The notes under the pieces: generated by a model
The model's database searches: none
Told to the model about the DNA's origin: nothing
The model's input: only the letters and a program-made list of their open reading frames with translations
Made by a program: the position numbers and the translations under genes
Shown: positions 59,440 through 64,000 of the stretch, in pieces
Layout of the letters: each line of letters starts with the position of its first letter
Position numbering within the stretch: the first letter of the stretch is position 1
Source: Bdellovibrio sp.
GTDB lineage: Bacteria > Bdellovibrionota > Bdellovibrionia > Bdellovibrionales > Bdellovibrionaceae
Length of the DNA: 64,000 nucleotides
Assembly (NCBI GenBank): GCA_043747495.1
Contig: JAYTPA010000109.1
Location: 12,099 to 76,098, forward strand
Reading direction: 5' to 3'

Positions 59440-60282
59440 TTGTCTATGCACAAAAGATCTGATTCTTTTTTCAAAGGCCATGATAACTGCCAGCTGTATA
59501 TCCAAAAATGGGAAGCCGAAAATCCTAAAGCTTTGCTCTTAATTACTCACGGACAAGGCGAGCATTCAGAATGTTATCATCGATTAGTGAGTGCATTTCC
59601 TGATTACAGTTTTATAGCCTGGGATATTCGTGGTCATGGCCAGTCTGAAGGTCTTCGTGGATACGCTAAAGATTTCGACGATTATATTCTCGATTTTCAT
59701 ATTTTCCTAAATCATTGTTTAAGTTTGAATACAAAATCTAAAACTCCAACGATTTTATTGGCTCATTCAATGGGAGCTTTGATTCAAACCTGCGCGCTCA
59801 AGGAAAAACAGTATCCAACTATAAAAGCACAGATATTAAGTTCACCCCTATTCGGAGTTTCAATAGCTGTTCCGGAATGGAAAGATGCTGCTTCAAGTTT
59901 GGTGAATCAGTTTTTACCTAAAATCACCCTGAGCAATGAAATTAAAAACGAACAACTCACGCGTGATCATGATGTCATCAAAGAGTATGAAAAAGACAAC
60001 TACCGACACAATAAAATTTCAGCCAGCGTTTATTTAGGCTTCAAAAGAGAATTTCAAAAAATTAATTCATATGCTGCCGAAATAAATATTCCAACGCTAT
60101 TACACATTTCAGACAACGACCCGGTAGTTTCAAGTGCTGCAGCACTGACTTTTTTTGATCAACTTAAAACTGATAAAAAAGAACTTAAAATTTTTGAAAA
60201 TAGTCGACATGAGCTTTATAACGATACTTGTAGAAATGAAGTCTTCAAAGTGGTCCAAGATTTTTGCGAAAGGTTTGTATGA
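59440..60282 (+). CDS. Lysophospholipase/monoacylglycerol lipase (alpha/beta hydrolase)
   Basis: HGQGEH, DIRGHGQSEG, AHSMG, D.VV, RHEL. Confidence 0.9.
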   Translation: MSMHKRSDSFFKGHDNCQLYIQKWEAENPKALLLITHGQGEHSECYHRLVSAFPDYSFIAWDIRGHGQSEGLRGYAKDFDDYILDFHIFLNHCLSLNTKSKTPTILLAHSMGALIQTCALKEKQYPTIKAQILSSPLFGVSIAVPEWKDAASSLVNQFLPKITLSNEIKNEQLTRDHDVIKEYEKDNYRHNKISASVYLGFKREFQKINSYAAEINIPTLLHISDNDPVVSSAAALTFFDQLKTDKKELKIFENSRHELYNDTCRNEVFKVVQDFCERFV

Positions 60283-60860
60283 AAAAGTTATTATTAGCCC
60301 TTAGTTTTATGATTGGTGCAGCTTGCGCGACACGTTTACCACTTGTTGCCGGAGTTAAAGATATTTCAACTGGTGATTACTCAACGATGGTCGAAGAAAA
60401 AACTTTAAAATCTGAAGTTTATGATGGGCTTTATAACAAACTGACTGTGCATTTGACTCGTGTTGATGCTGAAATGACTGAAAACATTTTAGCTTATTCA
60501 GCTAAACTTTCGCAGTGGTCAGAAGCTGTTTACCAAGAAGAAAAGTCAAAAATGATTACTAGCCATTCGACACAAACGGAATTTTTTCTAAGCTTTTTTG
60601 TTCCAGAAAATAAACATGATAACTTAAACGCTAAAAAAACAACTTGGAAAATTTATCTCGATGTCAACGGACAACGTTATGAAGGCGTTGCGCAAAAAAA
60701 TAAATCTCTATTTTCAGATTTAGAAGCTATTTATCCGCACCATAATCGCTGGTCGACGGCTTATACTTTAACTTTTCCTGTGTCGACAGCTTCAACTGAG
60801 GGTAAAAACCTAACAATCACTATTACTGGGCCAGTTGCGAGCACTCAGGTGAAGTTTTAG
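60279..60860 (+). CDS. Hypothetical lipoprotein
   Basis: MKKLLL..GAAC lipobox; ATGA overlap with the upstream stop. Confidence 0.75.
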   Translation: MKKLLLALSFMIGAACATRLPLVAGVKDISTGDYSTMVEEKTLKSEVYDGLYNKLTVHLTRVDAEMTENILAYSAKLSQWSEAVYQEEKSKMITSHSTQTEFFLSFFVPENKHDNLNAKKTTWKIYLDVNGQRYEGVAQKNKSLFSDLEAIYPHHNRWSTAYTLTFPVSTASTEGKNLTITITGPVASTQVKF

Positions 60861-61384
60861 ATCATTGCTATTTCAATGTAGCATTGATAATTTTCGATTT
60901 GAAACGGAATCATTAATTGTTTTTGTAGTTTTACTTTTTCAATATCTTTTGTGAATTGTGATTTCGGTGTTGCCATTCTAAATTCATAACCAAGAGGATT
61001 AAGTTTAGCTTTCATTGACCCATAAACGATGTTTGTGATCTCACCAATACCATCTAAAACATCATTATTAAATTCTTTAGGTGGCTCGCCGATCATATTT
61101 CCAATAACTTTGAATATTGCATCTTTAGGAAAGTGAATCATCAAAAAACCTTTATGCTTAATGGATTTCAATTCCATGACACCGGTTCCATCGGCTTTAG
61201 CTAACCAGTCTTTTTCAACAAATGGTCTACCGAATTCGCATTGTATCTGGGCCATTTCGCCTAAAGTATTTTTAATACCTTCAGCTAACGCATTAATGAC
61301 ATTTGCATCTTGAAATGGATGTTTGGTTTCTAGTAGGTTTTCACTCACGTGCTGCATCCTTTGTAGTTCTTTAGAGTAGAACAA
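60857..61384 (-). CDS. cheX: Chemotaxis phosphatase CheX family
   Basis: DGIGEITNIVYGSMK (E-x-x-N motif), MATP; start uncertain. Confidence 0.85.
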   Translation of the reverse strand: MFYSKELQRMQHVSENLLETKHPFQDANVINALAEGIKNTLGEMAQIQCEFGRPFVEKDWLAKADGTGVMELKSIKHKGFLMIHFPKDAIFKVIGNMIGEPPKEFNNDVLDGIGEITNIVYGSMKAKLNPLGYEFRMATPKSQFTKDIEKVKLQKQLMIPFQIENYQCYIEIAMI

Positions 61385-61451
61385 AATTTAAAAAAATTAA
61401 AGTCGTTTTAATGATTGTGATGAAATCTTAACAATAAAATCTCATTTTAGA

Positions 61452-62210
61452 TCAATACTCAATCACATCGGTAATGTCGCAAATACTGGCTTTATTATTT
61501 TCTAAAAGTAAAGCTTTTGGTTTATCTAACCAAGTTCCTAAATTAATTGAACGAATATTTTTGTCGTTTTTACCTCTGAAATGAAAATCATCAAATACAT
61601 GCATATGTCCTGTAACGATAATATCAAACGATTCAGAATTATAAACTTTCATCGCATAAGCTTGAATCATTGTTTTAATTTTTTCTGTTTGAGTTATCGC
61701 ATACATTGCTGTTTTTTTGCGGCTCTTTGAACTCATTCGATCGCCCATTTTTTTCCAAAATGTTCCTGGCAAGTTGTGTCCTAAAAATTCAACCCAAGGC
61801 TTTTGTAACATTTGACGATAATTAATATAAGCTTGATCGTCAGGATTTATATAATCACCGTGTTCACATCTTACTGCCAAATCAGCGATTTGGAAATATC
61901 TAGCTCCTTCGATAACTTCGATATTCATTTTTTTTGTCCAGAAAACATCGATGTGTAAATCATGATTACCTTCAAAATAGTAAACTTTACCACCTGAATT
62001 TGTAAATTTTTGGATTTCATCAACAATTTGCTGATAATGCTTAACGAAAGCAGCTCCATCGGAAACCCAGGCATCAAAAATATCGCCTAATAAATAAAGC
62101 GTATTTGCTTGAGGTGACTGATTCAGAAAAAACAAAAAGCGCAACAGCAAATTGCCATTGCGCTCGTTGATGTCTTTCACGTGTAGATCAGATATAAACC
62201 AGTGTTTCAC
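61452..62210 (-). CDS. lpxH: UDP-2,3-diacylglucosamine diphosphatase (metallophosphoesterase)
   Basis: FISDLH, LGDIFD, EGNHD, EHGD, GHMH, NLGTW. Confidence 0.85.
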   Translation of the reverse strand: MKHWFISDLHVKDINERNGNLLLRFLFFLNQSPQANTLYLLGDIFDAWVSDGAAFVKHYQQIVDEIQKFTNSGGKVYYFEGNHDLHIDVFWTKKMNIEVIEGARYFQIADLAVRCEHGDYINPDDQAYINYRQMLQKPWVEFLGHNLPGTFWKKMGDRMSSKSRKKTAMYAITQTEKIKTMIQAYAMKVYNSESFDIIVTGHMHVFDDFHFRGKNDKNIRSINLGTWLDKPKALLLENNKASICDITDVIEY

Positions 62211-63803
62211 TTATGTAGATAGATCAAAACCTTGTTTTTTGCGTATAAAAGCTGGAACTTCTAATAAATCACGAGCCATTTTACGTGCTTCTTCAATTTG
62301 TTTATCTTCATCCATCATCGACAGCTGTTCTGGATGAGCTGCTTTTTCTTCAACTGCAGTAAGAGCTGTCGTATGAGTTTGTGTTTCTCTGAAAGCTTTT
62401 GCTTTTGCTAATAACAAGTCTCTTGCTGTTTGACTTGATGTTGCTGTTGGCGAAATTGCTGAAGATAAATCTTGATTCATATCAGATGCGAAAGTTGAAT
62501 CAGTCATCATCGGCTGCATGTTAGAGCTTTCAATAGCTGGCTCCATTTGCGCTAAAGTTTTGACAGATTCTTGAACTTGTTGAATCGTTGGTAAAATTTG
62601 CGCTTGTACAGGAACTGGCGTTTGTGGCTGCATCATCGGATTTGGCATCACTGCTGTCATGGGCTGAGCCATTGTCTGTGTGTACTGATTTTGCGCCATC
62701 ATTTGTGCATACATAGCTTGTTGCTGTTGAATTTGTTGCTGCTGCAATTGCTGTGGCATCGCTGGCTGTTGCGGAAGATCAAACATGATTGATGGGCCAG
62801 TTAAAAAACTTTGCATTGTATTATTAGCTACTACATCTTTTTTCTCTTCGCGAGCAAAGCCAGTTGCAATAACAGTCACACAAACTTCATCAATTAAGTT
62901 TGGATCAATAACTGCACCGAAAATAACTTCAGCATCTTCACTTGCTGCTTCAGTAATTAACATCGATGCTTCATTCACTTCATATAAAGATAAATCAGAG
63001 CCGCCAGTCACATTAATAATAATGCCAGTTGCTCCGTCGATTTTAACGTTTTCTAGTAATGGTGATGAAATTGCCTGAGTAGCTGCTTCAACTGCGCGGT
63101 TTTCACCTTTAGCTCGACCAGTTCCCATTAAAGCTAAACCTTTATTAGCCATAACAGTTCTGATATCAGCGAAATCTAGGTTGATTAAACCTCTGATATT
63201 AATTAAATCAGAAATTCCTTTTACTGCTTGCAATAAAACTTCGTCAGCTTTTTTGAAAGTGTCTAATAAAGGAGTTTTATCACCTGCGATTGATAATAAT
63301 TTTTGATTAGGAATAACAATTAATGCATCTACATTTTCTTTAAGTTCAGCTAAACCACCTTCAGCGTGTTTAGATCTTTTTTTGCCTTCGAAAACAAACG
63401 GCTTAGTGACAACACCGATTGTTAGCGCACCTAATTCACGTGCGATTTTAGCAACAACTGGAGCTCCGCCAGTTCCTGTTCCACCGCCCATGCCTGCCGT
63501 CACAAAAACCATATCTGAACCTTTAAGTTGTTCTACTATATGGTTGTAAGATTCGATGGCACTTCGACGTCCAACATCTGGATTAGCCCCAGCGCCAAGA
63601 CCTTTTGTTAAGTCCATACCTAATTGAATTTTGTGTCCAGCTTTGCTTGAATTAAGGGCTTGGATATCTGTGTTTGCAACAACAAATTCAACTCCAGACA
63701 TTCCGCCTTCGATCATTGTCGTTACAGCGTTACTTCCGCCTCCACCAATACCAACAACTTTAATATTTGCACCAATATTAATATTTTCCTCTAATTCAAA
63801 CAT
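62211..63803 (-). CDS. ftsZ: Cell division protein FtsZ
   Basis: [24 protein letters not shown]-terminal LEVPAFIRK; long Q/P/M-rich linker. Confidence 0.99.
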   Translation of the reverse strand: MFELEENINIGANIKVVGIGGGGSNAVTTMIEGGMSGVEFVVANTDIQALNSSKAGHKIQLGMDLTKGLGAGANPDVGRRSAIESYNHIVEQLKGSDMVFVTAGMGGGTGTGGAPVVAKIARELGALTIGVVTKPFVFEGKKRSKHAEGGLAELKENVDALIVIPNQKLLSIAGDKTPLLDTFKKADEVLLQAVKGISDLINIRGLINLDFADIRTVMANKGLALMGTGRAKGENRAVEAATQAISSPLLENVKIDGATGIIINVTGGSDLSLYEVNEASMLITEAASEDAEVIFGAVIDPNLIDEVCVTVIATGFAREEKKDVVANNTMQSFLTGPSIMFDLPQQPAMPQQLQQQQIQQQQAMYAQMMAQNQYTQTMAQPMTAVMPNPMMQPQTPVPVQAQILPTIQQVQESVKTLAQMEPAIESSNMQPMMTDSTFASDMNQDLSSAISPTATSSQTARDLLLAKAKAFRETQTHTTALTAVEEKAAHPEQLSMMDEDKQIEEARKMARDLLEVPAFIRKKQGFDLST

Positions 63804-63870
63804 GCTTCCTCCTGATGTAAAATGCTTCGTTAATAAACAATAAAAAACTAAATATCTTTAAAAATAATTG

Positions 63871-64000
63871 CTAAAATAGTTCTGTAAAAAACTTTTTAAC
63901 TTTTAATGTCATCCCACCTAAAGAATCTGACAATGCTTCGCTCATTACATAGCTACTTAAACTGTTTTGTGATCCTGAATAATTAACATTAGCGTAATAT
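63871..64000 (-). CDS. ftsA: Cell division protein FtsA, 3' end (partial)
   Basis: Open frame ending ..GGMTLKVKKFFTELF* (amphipathic membrane-targeting helix) directly upstream of ftsZ. Confidence 0.8.
   Translation of the reverse strand, partial: YYANVNYSGSQNSLSSYVMSEALSDSLGGMTLKVKKFFTELF

Noticed and set aside
61452-62210. lpxH rather than lpxC following ftsZ as a novelty
   Set aside because: A gene-order variation with no further signal in the sequence
199-63843. Numerous short antisense or alternate-frame ORFs (e.g. 199-546, 2492-2839, 18095-18481, 21772-21969, 36197-36505, 39199-39555, 62785-63078)
   Set aside because: Shadows of well-supported genes, with no motifs or RBS support

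Overview
AT-rich bacterial chromosome segment, most likely a predatory Bdellovibrionota (Bdellovibrio/Pseudobdellovibrio-like). This is inferred from the split nuo operon, the degenerate CdgA-like GGDEF protein, GYF-domain proteins, a CglB-like vWA lipoprotein and many small secreted proteins. Most genes lie on the minus strand. Core content: ftsA(3' end)-ftsZ-lpxH-cheX; nadB; an alr-mlaEFD operon preceded by a pseudo-kinase and a degenerate GGDEF protein; yhaM-cysE; rsmI-hrpB; phnCE; nuoB-CD-E-F-G-I; recO; xerC; a sigma54-type activator; flagellin; clpB; ribE-ribB-ribH-ntrY-ntrX-proS-pyrF-rlmB; the tRNA Thr-Tyr-Gly-Thr/tuf/tRNA-Trp cluster; and secE-nusG-rplK-rplA-rplJ-rplL with an L10 leader. 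Best leads: (1) a two-gene islet (DUF6036-like nucleotidyltransferase plus an unknown partner with a possible C-terminal HTH) with a perfect 18-bp inverted-repeat operator covering the promoter and the leaderless start codon, a candidate new toxin-antitoxin/anti-phage module; (2) an unannotated, highly structured ~135-200 nt element between hrpB and cysE; (3) a ~255-nt flagellin leader with ten GGA motifs, CsrB-like; (4) several FliA-type promoters on non-flagellar genes and repeated apparently leaderless starts; (5) a bipolar Lys-rich/acidic H1-like protein. No CRISPR array, rRNA or transposase was seen. All family assignments come from motif reading, not database searches.
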